NCBI GenBank assembly: GCA_032718475.1
Contig: JAUCBJ010008789.1
Coordinates: forward strand, 1-58,900
Direction: 5' to 3'
DNA from: Nemertoderma westbladi
Lineage: Eukaryota > Animalia > Xenacoelomorpha
Length of the DNA: 58,900 nt
Of the stretch, positions 22,946 through 35,085 are shown in pieces (position 1 is the first letter of the stretch; every line of letters begins with the position of its first letter). The notes beneath the pieces are model-generated. The model was not told the DNA's origin, searched no databases, and saw only the letters and a list, made by a program, of their open reading frames with translations. A program made the translations under genes and the position numbers.

Positions 22946-25900
22946 GATGTTCCGAAACGAAACGTCAGAATTCGTACGACGCAACGGACGCGAGCACGTC
23001 GACCACCATATCCAGATGATAGTAGTACTTCGAGCGAATCGGATTACCCGAAACGCGAGGTATTTAGAACAGGGGCGGCCGATGAATATAAACGCGAGCG
23101 TTCAGACAACTCCTTTGTAGACAATCCTCCACGAAATACACCAACACAGAAGGCGTTACAACCAACGGACGCAATCAGTACACAACAGTTCGCCGACATC
23201 CTGCGACCAGTTGTTAACAAGTTGGCTCAGATTGAGGAACGTCTGGATGAAGCTCAAACCGATAGTTCGAGGAACACTGAATTCGAACACAATAGACACC
23301 CGAAGGAACCACAAAGACCGGTACCTTCAAAGAACGCATCGTATCAGGGAACAGCGCCAAGAAGGGACATCAACCAGATTACCAACCAAGGACGCGAAAC
23401 TCTGAACGTTGCCGAGGAGATAGCGAAATTCGCAGCTAGACAAGGACTACCGGTGCAACAACCACCTAAGTTTTCCGGTAGCTCAAAACACTGGCACACT
23501 TTCGTAGACTATATCGAATCTCAGATCGCCGTGTGCGCCTTTACATCACGGGAGAAGTTTAATTACCTGCTTCAAACGTTGTCGGGAGAACCTAAACGTT
23601 TGGCGGAGACCTTCGTTGGTGTACCGGACACCTTTGAACTAGCGTACGATCGTTTAACTTCGATCTACGGAGGTACAGTCAGCATGGCCAGGTCAGTGAT
23701 AGAGGAACTCTGTAAGGGAGGGGCTATTACTAAACCCGTCGACTTATTGAAACTGGCTGACGAAATAAAGAACGCTATCACTACTTTGAGATCCATTGGA
23801 CAACTTGACTACGGGAATACCCCTACAGTCCTATTAAAGATCATAGGACGACTCCACCATCGACTTCGTCGGGAGTGGAGGAAGATCGAATACCAGCGGG
23901 AAGAGCGGGGTGGATTCTTAAAACTGGAAGATGTGTACCTTTTGATATCCAGGGAAGCAGTGGTAGAAACTCGATCCAACTACACTGACCAGCACATCGT
24001 AGCAGAAGGAATCACCTTGCCATCCTCAAACCGACAAAAACCCCAGACAACATCCACCAAGACGGCCACTTACGCCACACCGACGAAAACATGACAATTC
24101 TCGGACGGTAGTAGGGTATCTGCGCCCATTGGGATAAAACAGACTAGACAGCAACTCAGTACAGACTTCAGCGGCTGCCAATACTGCGAGCATTTAGGCA
24201 AGCGGTATATCGGTCACAAGTTGAGAGGTTGTCGACAGTTTCGCGAGTTAAACTCGGAAGAACGACGGCTGCAGATACGGCCATTGGACTCTTGTTGGCG
24301 GTGTACGCGACACGGACACATCCGCAAAGATTGCCCAAATACCGACACTTGTCCATCCTGTGGACGCAACCACGACGGTCTGCTCCACACAGACAGCCAC
24401 ACGCCGACAAAACGCTTCGCCAGGGAACACCCGGAAGCAGCAGCGAAATGTAATACGGCCTACAAGAATCGAGAATCGAAAACGACTCCAACCTTCGTGA
24501 CACATATTAAGGATTGCTTCTCAGAACAATCCGGATCGTCGGACGAAGAGTCGGAAGACGACGACGTATATTCCGATGGAGACGAACAACCATCAATCGC
24601 GCTTCTGACGACTGACCAACTAAAGGGATTCAGCGTAATTCCGATTAAGATTACTGGCACAAAAGGAAGCAAGAGAATCTATGCTATCCTGGATTCAGCC
24701 TCATCTCACAGCTACGTGGATGAGCAGATAGCTGACGTCGTGACGGATCTCAGACAAGGTAAGCGCGTCAGTTACACCGTAAGTAGTATGCACGGACAAC
24801 GTGCAATACCGGTGACACAAGTTAAGTTAAACTTAGACACTCTTCTTCCAAAATCGCAACACAGCGAAAAGGAGAGGTCTGTGTTACCCTTTAAGGATTT
24901 GACTTTTGCGGCCACCAAGGACTTTAGTAACCTACTAGGTCCTGTCCCAGAACAATCCTTGGAGGACCGTAAGTATTTCAGACACCTTGGTGTACCTGAA
25001 TGTCCTGTCAATTATAGATCGGTAGCAATGCTGATCGGGACAGACCAATTCAACCTACATCAAGTGTGGGAAACCAGACCATCGGCAGTCGTAGCGGGAA
25101 ACGCATACGCCTGTAGAACGCCGATAGGGTGGTATACTCGAGCGCCTGTGCGCACACTGGACATAAGTGACGAGGAAGACGATATACAAAGTACATGTAG
25201 TTTATTAACTACAACGTCGACTCATTCCTTTTCACACGAAGTAGACTATACTACCTTACATACAAAACATGACAGACGTGTAACTAGTATGATAAGTCAC
25301 AAGGAGCAGCTAATCCACCAGGTGAGTTTAGAACTTGGGGAGAAGACGAGTCAGCCAGAGATTCCATCGACGACAGATGATAACGCCGGAAGGCTTGCGA
25401 GTCTACCTACCCCAATAACCTCAACAATACCCGTCGATATCGATGATGACGCGTTAAGAAATCATCAAGTGGAACAAGCTGCATTGGACAAAGAATTAAC
25501 GGAGAAGACTATCAGGTGGTTAGAACAAGATACAGCTGAACCTGGTAGCTACGAACCATGTATGCCGGAACAGGAGAAACAATCTTTGAAGATCATGGAA
25601 GATACTATCCGCCAGACGAAAGACGGACATTATGAGGTAGGGATGTTATGGCGTAGCCAAAGTCCTAAACTTATAAATAACTATCCACTAGCTTTAAGAC
25701 GACTACACTCAATACGACAACGTCTATTAAAGGACGAGAAAGCCCATCTGCAGTACAACACTCAGATGGAGACGTATTTGTCCAAGGGATACGCTATCCG
25801 AATGACTAACCCAGAGAGAGTGACTGACCAGACATACTACTTGCCACATCACTTCGTGAGACACCCCGACAAACCAGACAAAGTACGTGTAGTCAATGAC

Positions 25901-27439
25901 TGTGCGGCTCTGTTTGAGGGAATGTCCCTCAATAGCGAGTTGATGGATGGACCAAACATGAATAATTATCTTATGGGGGTGATTATGCGCTTCCGTCAGC
26001 GTCAAGTAGCTTTTACTTGCGACGTCGAAGCTATGATTCACCAAGTGAGAGCGTTAGAGCGAGACAGAGACAGTTTGAGGTTCCTCTGGTATCCGAAAGG
26101 AGACTTAAGTCTACCACCGGCGACTTACCAAATGCAAGTTCGCGTTTTCGGTGCCAGGGACAGCCCAAACTGTACGATGTACGCCCTAAAGCAAGCCGCT
26201 AAGGATCAGAAACACATGTATGACCCAGAGATAATTAAGATTGTGGAACGTGACTTTTACGTCGACGACGGTTTACAGAGTTGTGACACAGTAGAACGTG
26301 CTATAACAGTAGCACATCAATTACGGGACTGCTTAGCGGGCGGAGGTTTTAACCTCACCAAATTCGCCTCAAACAGTGCCGAATTAGTAGACTCATTCGG
26401 AACGACTGAGCGTGGAGGTGGTGACATAGACCTAGAGTTCGAACCACTACCGACGACCAAGGTGTTGGGGCTCTTTTGGGACCCAAACACGGACAACTTT
26501 CGAGTGAAGGTGAGACTGGACAGTCAAGAAAACACACTGACAAAGAGATCATGCTTGTCAAAATTGAGCCGATTGTTTGATCCATTAGGATTCATCAGTC
26601 CAATAATACTGCAAGCCCGCATTTATATGCGCAGTATTTGGAAGGATGGACTGACATGGGACGAGCCGATCTCATCAGACCAAGTGGACTTATGGAAGAC
26701 CTGGGAGGCAGAATTATCTTCGCTAGAGGATTATTCCATACCCAGAGTCTACTTTCCATTACAAACAACATTTCCTGACAACTTGGAATTACATTGTTTT
26801 TCCGACGCCAGTGACAACAGCTTTGGTGTGGCAGCGTACTTGCGCAGACAAGTAGACTCAGAAGAATTCGATGTTTCACTCATTACTTCTAAGGCAAAAA
26901 CAATGCCTACTAAGTATATGACGACACCACGAGCTGAGCTACAAGCCGCAACCCTGTCAACCACAATCGTGAACCTTATACAGACGGAACTACAGTCAAG
27001 TTTACAGATATTTTATTGGACTGACGCGACGTTGGTTTTATTTTACATAAACAACGACACACTTGAATTCAAGACATTCGTAGCTAACCGTCGCGCAGAA
27101 ATTCTAGACCGTTCAATAAAGGAAGATTGGCGACATTGTCCCGGACCACAAAACCCAGCCGATATTGCGTCAAGAGGAATGATGCCTGAGGAATTCTGTA
27201 AACCGGAGAACAAAGAATTTTGGCAACACGGACCACAATTCTTACAAAGATCAACACTAAATTGGCCACCACTATATGACAACAAGTCTAACACTATCCC
27301 TAAAGACGCGGAAATCAAAAAACCAAAGAAAGGGAAAGCAAAGAAAAGGACGGCGGCTAAACTCAAGAAAAAACCGAAGGCGAAATGGAAAGATATAACT
27401 TCAAAGGTCAAGAACGGAAGACTTGCGAGCCTTTCTACA

Positions 27440-27962
27440 CCAGACATATCGCCAGACGGTCAACCAGACACGTTACTAGACGGTCAACCAGACGTTTTGC
27501 CAGACATGTCACAAAATGTTCTACCAGACACTAGTAACATACTGACAAATAGTAAAGCCGCAGTTTCTCTATTGGAGCGGCCTTCTATTGACAAACAACC
27601 AGATACGTTACTAGACGGTCAACCAGACGTTTTGCCAGACACGTCACTAGATATTTCGCCGGATGTTCCGCGAAACATTTTACCAGACATGTCACAAAAT
27701 GTTCTACCAGACACTAGTAACGTATTGACAAATAGTAAAGCCGCAGTTTCTCTATTGGAGCGGCCTTCTATTGACAAACAACCAGATATGTTACCAGACG
27801 GTCAACCAGACGTTTTGCCAGACACGTCACTAGATATTTCGCCGGATGTTCCGCGAAACATTTTACCAGACATGTCACAAAATGTTCTACCAGACACTAG
27901 TAACGTATTGACAAATAGTAAAGCCGCAGTTTCTCTATTGGAGCGGCCTTGTATTGACAAAC
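27440..27962 (+). repeat. in-frame coding tandem repeat (135/183/183-bp units built from xxPD tetrapeptides) between RNase H and integrase
   Basis: QPDTLLDGQPDVLPD...SNVLTNSKAAVSLLERPSIDK occurs three times. Confidence 0.9.
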
Positions 27963-30537
27963 TACCAATTTTGACACACTTGAGCAACCATAAGCACGGT
28001 GAAACCTCATGTATTACAGATGTGGGTAGTACCTACGCTAATGTAAATACAGGTGTTACTCTGCGCTCAAGAGACATACCAAACTTGCAACCTATGGTGA
28101 GACCCGGGATTAATATCGGCAGAAAATTAAGTTTACCGAAACCCACCGACCCCATAGAGTTCAAACCACCATTAACGATCGACTTACAAAGTACTGACAA
28201 CCAGGGTAAGAAGACGAAGAAGGACAAATTACTTGTAGACCCGGACGGATCAACAGTCAACAAGGGAATACCTACCGGCGGACCCGTGGGCCCTTCTAGT
28301 AAATCAAAACCTTCCAAATTCTCCATTGACTTACCTGATGACGTCACAAATACTCACGTCGACCGTATTGTAAACTTAACAGACTCTTGGACAAACGCTT
28401 GCCGAAAATTAGCGTGGATTGTACGTTTTGTACAATACGTTAAAGGCAAACGCGACTTTACACGTCGACTTACATTGGCTGAGATTGACAGGTGTGAGAT
28501 TAAATTAATTCGCCATTACCAACTGCGATATTTCGCACGCGAATTCACATCTATAAATCAAGGTCAACCAATCAAGTCGTCACCAATATTGAGTTGGAGT
28601 CCGATAATTTATAATGGCTTAATTTGTCATAAATCTCGGCTTCAAAACATTGACTTTAACACAAACTTTAGATACCCAATAATAATACCGCAGCATCACG
28701 AACTACAACGTGCAATGATACTGGACGCACATTTACATCTGAAACACGCTGGAAGACACCACTGTCTTTCCTACTTACGTACAAGATTTGTATTAATTAG
28801 ACCCAGTAAAGCATTAAGTTCAGTGACACGTACGTGTATTATTTGTAAAAAGGTACATTCTAGAATAGGTACCCAAGAAATGAGTGAACTTCCACAAGCA
28901 CGACTTCAAGCATTCAGACCACCTTTTACAGAGACTGGAATTGATTGCTTTGGTCCCATACATACGAAACGTGGACGTATACTAGTAAAACGCTGGGGAC
29001 TGATTTTCACATGTATGTCCAGTAGGGCAGTTCATATTGAACGTGTGATGGATCTTTCCACCAACGCGTTTATACTAGCATTGCGGCGATTTATCGCTAG
29101 ACGCGGACTAGTAAAATGCTTGTACTCAGACCAAGGGACAAACTTTGTTGGTGCTCGAAATGAGATTGCTAGAGCCTTTAAGAAATTAGATCATGATCAA
29201 ATCTCAAACGAACTACGTCCTTACAAGATTGTTTGGAAGTTTAATCCTCCAGATAGTCCATGGAGAGGCAGAGTCTGGGAGAGATTGATTAGATCTATAA
29301 AGACAGCCATGGCAAAGGTCATTCCAGTAAACCACTTATTGACAGACGACCAACTGACAACACTGTTTGTTGAAATCGAGGCAATACTAAATACTAGACC
29401 AATAGTATTAGTACCCGATGACAAACAATCTCAGTTTGCTTTGACACCGGCACACCTGCTAATGCAGGCACCGACCACATTGACGCCTATTTCTATTCCA
29501 ATAGAAGGCGATAGCTACGGTAGAAAAGCGTGGAAAATCACGCAACTACTAGCTAACAAATTCTGGGAAATATGGCAAAACCATTATTTGCCCTCTATTT
29601 CTGCCAGAACAACTTGGTACAATAACACCCGCGCATTAAAGCCGGGAGATCACGTGCTGTTAGCGGAAGTGAATCTAAAAAGACGCTTCTGGATAACAGG
29701 TGTAATTTTAACCACACATCCATCTATGGATGGAGTGACAAGAACTGTGACGGTACGGACAATTGACGGTCGTACAGTAGACAGACCGACTCAACGTCTC
29801 GTACTTCTTGAAGAGACTCGTAACGAATCTGGAGATTACAAATCTCCACCTAATATTAGTAAATAATTAGGAGTTTACAAATAGATTTCCACGTACCTGT
29901 ACACTGTAGTAAGGACAGCGGTAGAATTCCATTGTCTTTATATGTGAACATTGAGGGTAGTACCCTTATGTGTCACATAGGAGCGGGATTTGTAGGTATA
30001 AGAAATGGAATTCTACTTGGAACTCACAATATTGAGACATTTTCGAAATTTTAGACAATCCATTTGGATTTGAAAAATTTTTAAAATTTTCTCCAGTGAA
30101 TAGATTTCAGGGTACAGTCGGGTGGAACTTAAAATTAGAGAAACAAGAGAGGCCAAGAGAGGCCTCTTGCGAGCCTTTCTTAAAATTTTAATTAAATTTT
30201 ACACGGTCTTGTTTCAATAAGTTACGTCAATAAATAGACTCCCCTATATTTATTACTAATTCTTGATTGCTTATTTTCTGATAATAGTTTGGGATCAAAA
30301 AGTGAGTATTTTAGACTCACAGCCAGTTTAGCCCAAATTCGTTTTTTATTTCGGCAAAAAATTTTAGATAAGAAGCAGCGTGTCATTAAAGAAACCCTAG
30401 ATCTTAGGCTATGGGTAGGAGGTTAGAGCGTTGTCGAGCCAAAAGGGCAGACGAAACTCTCACGTCTCCTCACAACTAACTACAAACTCTGTTGTATTCC
30501 CTCTAGTAGTAATGATTATGTAACTACACCTCTAATT

Positions 30538-33500
30538 ATGGAAAAGGGGATACAAGGAGAGCCGAGATGGGGATATGATATCCAAGAGGAGGCAGCAGCG
30601 CCATTTGAAAGATTTGGAGCCAAAGACTACACTATATTTGGTATAAAAGAATTATCAGAAAGTACTGCGAAACTCGCGAGAACTAAATATGACTCAAATG
30701 TATTAAAGAGAAGGCAAAATGCATTAAACGAAAGAATCGAAAGTTTGCGCAAAACCTTCAATGAACTGTACCCGTACGACGCTTTGTGTGATACGGGAGA
30801 CATTAGCAAAGACCCTGATACTGAAATTAGTCGTTTGTATCATACCATGCAATACCTAAAGGCGCACGAACCTATGCCCGCGGTACGCGATGAATTCGAT
30901 GGAATGCATCTTTACAGACGAACTCGAGGGGATGATAGAGAAACCAAGGAAGCATTTTCAGTTTATAAACTTTATTATCAATGCGGTTCTTGTATGCGCG
31001 AACAACGAAATGCGATTCCAATGCGTTTGAATAAGGAAAATCCCGAACCGATATTGGCGAGGTGTTCGAACCATCAACAACTACGCTACCAGGAAGGAGG
31101 GTATCCTTTATCGAATCCATATCATTCATTTGCTATGACCGGACCAAAGGCGGGAGAAACTGTCGTTTACCCACCTAAGGTTGTTGAACCCGATGTATTT
31201 GAACTTACGCTGGACGAGGCAAATCAGTCAACCCGCGAAAAGAAAGAAGCTCTTAGCCTATACAGAGCCTACAAGGCTTTCGAGAAAGGTGAGATGGAAG
31301 AATGGGGCGGAAGACTCGCGAGCCTACCTTACCATTGGACGTCACACGATCAAACTCCAGCTAAGGAGATGACACCGGAAGTTTTCGAGAGCATAAACTT
31401 TGCTCAAAACGTTATTCAGAGACTACAAATTGCATCCCCGGAGAGGACAAGAGAAATGCAACCATATAGTACTTCAACTACGAAACCATTGAGTACGACA
31501 CTCAATTTTCCTATTAGTATACCAGTCCGACAGGATACGACATACGAAATACCCATCGTGGATCATCCAGAAATCATTTCAAACTTGGAGTTTCTTCCTG
31601 CAGTTGTTTTCAGCGATATGAGTAAGATATATGATTTACGTAGACATATTACTCAAAAGGTCGTGTACAACGTTCCACCTCATATTCAAGACTTTAAGGA
31701 ACTGGATAGAGCTGGTGCCGATATAGCTCCGAGTAATTTGAAAGGATATTTAACCAAGACGATTCGTTTATGGATTGGAACCGGAACCTTCGAGTCGGAT
31801 ACAGATATTGCCGCGGATTGGCGAGGTAAGGTTATTCGTTTCGAAGATGATAAGGACATAGAGAAGATTTGGCAACCTTCGGAAGAATTGTTGGATGAAT
31901 GGAATAGAACGTTTAGATCGTTTCAGGAAAACGGTTACATGTTTTACGATAACGAGGGCGGCAGTCATCAACAGAGTTTGACTTCTAAGACTATACAAAT
32001 TAGAGCGGCGGACGGAGTCCTGCACGTTTTCAGTAGACAGAGGAGCGACAAACGAATGCCGATACCTCCAGCAAATACAAAGCGACACCATCTTATCACT
32101 GACATAGTAAAGAAGATGGACCAAGCTTGTAATATCGACGCTAGAATGCTACCGAAGATGGTAAGAAACATGATTTTAGATAAAACTGTTGTAAAGATTG
32201 GATCAGGAGTAAGGGAGGACTTAATTAGCGACTTCGCCGGCATGACGGACAGAGATGACCGACTACCGACACCTTACGTCGACACTCGACCTCTTATTTT
32301 GTGGTCTATAGAACAGGGATATTTTCGTGAGTACAATACTCAGAAGACTGGAACTGGATACATTTCCTACCTGTTATTCAATTGGGATTATAAGGAAAGT
32401 AAGAGAACCAAGTATATTGAGACTTATGGAGAAGGTGATACTCCAGATATGAGTGAGTTTGAATCACAGCTTAAATGGAGAGGATGCGTGTATTGGGCTA
32501 TTACGTCACCTCCAAGAGCGGTCTTACAATATTATTTAGCAATAGAGTCGTCAGTGAATGTTTGCCTAATCGCCGACATTGTGTCTCGGACTCTCAAAAG
32601 ACATCCACTTTGTCTCGGAGAAGATCATACGTTCTACATGGAAGGGAGAATTCATACCGACGTGTTTAGACGATTCCTTGAACCCCTCTACAACTCCGAC
32701 GCTCAGTGTAATGCCTTTACTCGAGCAGGATTTAGTATATTTCGAGACGTGTATCTTCGCTGTGCGGGATCTCTTATCGAAAGACCATCTATGTTTACAT
32801 TGTTACCCTATGAAGGAGAACGTATCGTGGAGATTACCGATGAATCACGGCAGACGCGCGCGCCTATCGGTCACCTTGGTGATGATTTCGAAGTAACTAC
32901 TACGATCACTGACGATCCTTTAGAGGAACTTCTTGAGATAGAAAGGAACCTCCCGAAGAAATCTCAGACGTAGATTCGGCAACTTGAAGCAACAGATGCT
33001 ATAGTTTGTATCCAACCCTCAGAAACCTACCAACCCATAGATCCAGATGATTACGATTATAGTGTGGGAGGAAGCGCTCGACCGATTGGAGATCTTATAT
33101 ACGAACGAGTGTGGTACCCTGCCAATACGATGTGTGGTAAATGTGGCGTCGCTGGACATCATTCGACCAAGTGCAGTGGAAAGCACATTACTACGACTCA
33201 GCTAATCTGTGGATGGTGTGGAGATCAAGGGTCTCATACCTTTTATACTTGCTGGAGATTTATGGCTCAATGTACTTGTTGCAATATAAAAGGGCATCGA
33301 GCATCTGAATGCCAACTAAGAGACATACCTTATGAACACGAATCTGTAAAACTCGTGAGAAAATTATTCGATGAGTGGGAAGATTTAGCCGACGAACATG
33401 TATCGGCACAAAGAAGACGATTTCCGATGAGGGCGCATCTTGGATTTTGGGCGGTAAATCCCCAAACGATGATGTCGGAAGGATACATCTCCGCTATGCC

Positions 33501-34263
33501 CCAATATGACGAACTTATCGAGGTAGTCGATATTTTGCCCCACGACAGTGGATTCCGAGTAGTGCGCGAGTATCTATTACAGATTCACCCGGATAACAAA
33601 AACACGTGGAATTTTCAGAAAGTCGTTAATCGCATCACGTATGGTAAATTCGATCGTTTCCGAACTGAAAAGCGGAATAAAGGAGCTTGGTTAACCGTCG
33701 CATGGGCGTACCGAGCCGCGTTTTACCATAAACGTATATGAGCGAGCGTATTCGAGGAAGAGGAGGTCCTAGAGGCGACAAATATACCAGCCACTCCGGT
33801 TGCGCCGTCTGCACGTCACCCTCGGGAGGACGGACAGGGTAGGATCATACGGGTCCAGAAAGTGGGCCAACAGTTAAAGAAGTCTATTAATATAGAAGAA
33901 CGCAAGGGAGCTGAGCCGACCATTCGAATTACTCGGGATACGGTATCGCTTCCTAGAGAACCAACAGGAGGATCGGGACACACACCAGCTGATCAGAAGG
34001 GGGCGCAAGCTACTCTTGGGTCTGCGTCGTCCGCTTCTCGCGCGTTCCCAGACGTTCTACCAACTGTAGTGACAACTGATCGGTCACGAGGAATCGGTCG
34101 AGGTTTTGGGATGCCAAATAGACGAATTTGCGAGGAAATAGTCGCACCGTCTCTCAACGTCCAAACGAAACCAGTGACTCGCCCCACGAGTCCCATATCG
34201 CGAGCAAAGTCACCTGTGCGCAGTTTTCGAGGACGCGGCAGGGCTCGATCAACAAAGCGATAA
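30538..34263 (+). pseudogene. inner ORF3: zinc-finger region, DEDDy-like 3'-5' exonuclease, three CCHC knuckles, basic tail; in-frame stops at 32971 and 33739
   Basis: ORFs 30538, 33064 and 33862 share a frame. ExoI 'FYDNEG', 'IQIRAADGVLHVF', 'LPKMVRNMILDKTVVKIGSGVREDL' (ExoII), 'YVDT', ExoIII-like 'YLAIE'. Knuckles CGKC..GH...C, CGWC..SH...C, CTCC..GH...C. Colinear with the outer ORF3. Confidence 0.75.
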
Positions 34264-35075
34264 AAGGGAGGGCAAGGGTGGACGGAAGACTCGTGAGCCT
34301 TTCTTGTGAATTTGTGATTTATTTTGAATTATATGTTTTATATTTAATTAGTAAGTTTTGTATTCTGGAAAACTCATATTTAGTAAGATTTATATTTAGT
34401 AAGATTTATATTTAGTAAGAATTTATATTTAGTAAGATTTATATTTGCAAGATTTATATTTTATATTTGTGATTATTCCGAACTTATGCAATTTATATTG
34501 TTCCGAATATTTTGCAATTTATATCTTATAAGCAGTATTTGTATTTACAGTGAAATAGAAAGTAAGAGTAGATGGAAGACTCGTGGGCCTTTCTTATAGT
34601 TTCATTTGTAAAGTGTTATATTTTGTATTTAGAAAGTTTTATAGTTAGAAAGTTTTGTGCTTAGAAAGACTCATATTTGTAATTATTGCGAACTTATGCA
34701 ATCTACATTTAGGCACGAAAGTATTTGTAATTATTTGAATTTATGCAATATTTGAGATGCAATAGTAGATGGAAGACTCGCGAGCCTTTCTTATGATTTT
34801 CATTTATTTGTATTTGTAATTGTTTGAATTTATGCAATATTGAGATGCAATAGATTTATATTTGTGAATTTAATTTAGATTTATATTGTACTTACTTAGT
34901 AAAGCCTTAAATACGTAAAGTTTGAATTTGTAATTATTTTGTATCGAATCATTATGTAGAAAGGAAGTATTGTTTGAAATTTAATTGTAAATATGTAAGT
35001 ACGCCCTAAGTATTCTATAGTTTGATTGATTATTGGTGAAAACCGTATATTTTATGCACGGTAATATCCTGTTTT

Positions 35076-35085
35076 CATGGAGCGG
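35076..35085 (+). promoter_or_regulatory. short polypurine tract of inner element
   Basis: ATGGAGCGG abuts the 3' LTR; the same GGAGCGG abuts the outer 3' LTR. Confidence 0.6.

Larger units (their letters stand above)
21026..29866 (+). pseudogene. inner BEL/Pao gag-pol, one frame with two in-frame stops (22928 TAA, 24092 TGA)
   Basis: ORFs 21026, 22940 and 24221 share a frame. Coiled-coil N-terminus, DUF1759-like 'PKFSGSSKHWHTF', triple Cys-His knuckles, protease 'AILDSASSHSY', RT 'YLPHH...FYVDDG', RNase H 'FSDAS...TPRAEL...WTDA...NPADIASRG', integrase 'DCFGP...SDQGTNF...WERL' and C-terminal domain. Confidence 0.93.

Noticed and set aside
30538-34263. ORF3 as env
   Set aside because: No evident signal peptide or C-terminal transmembrane anchor; nuclease and zinc-knuckle motifs are present instead.
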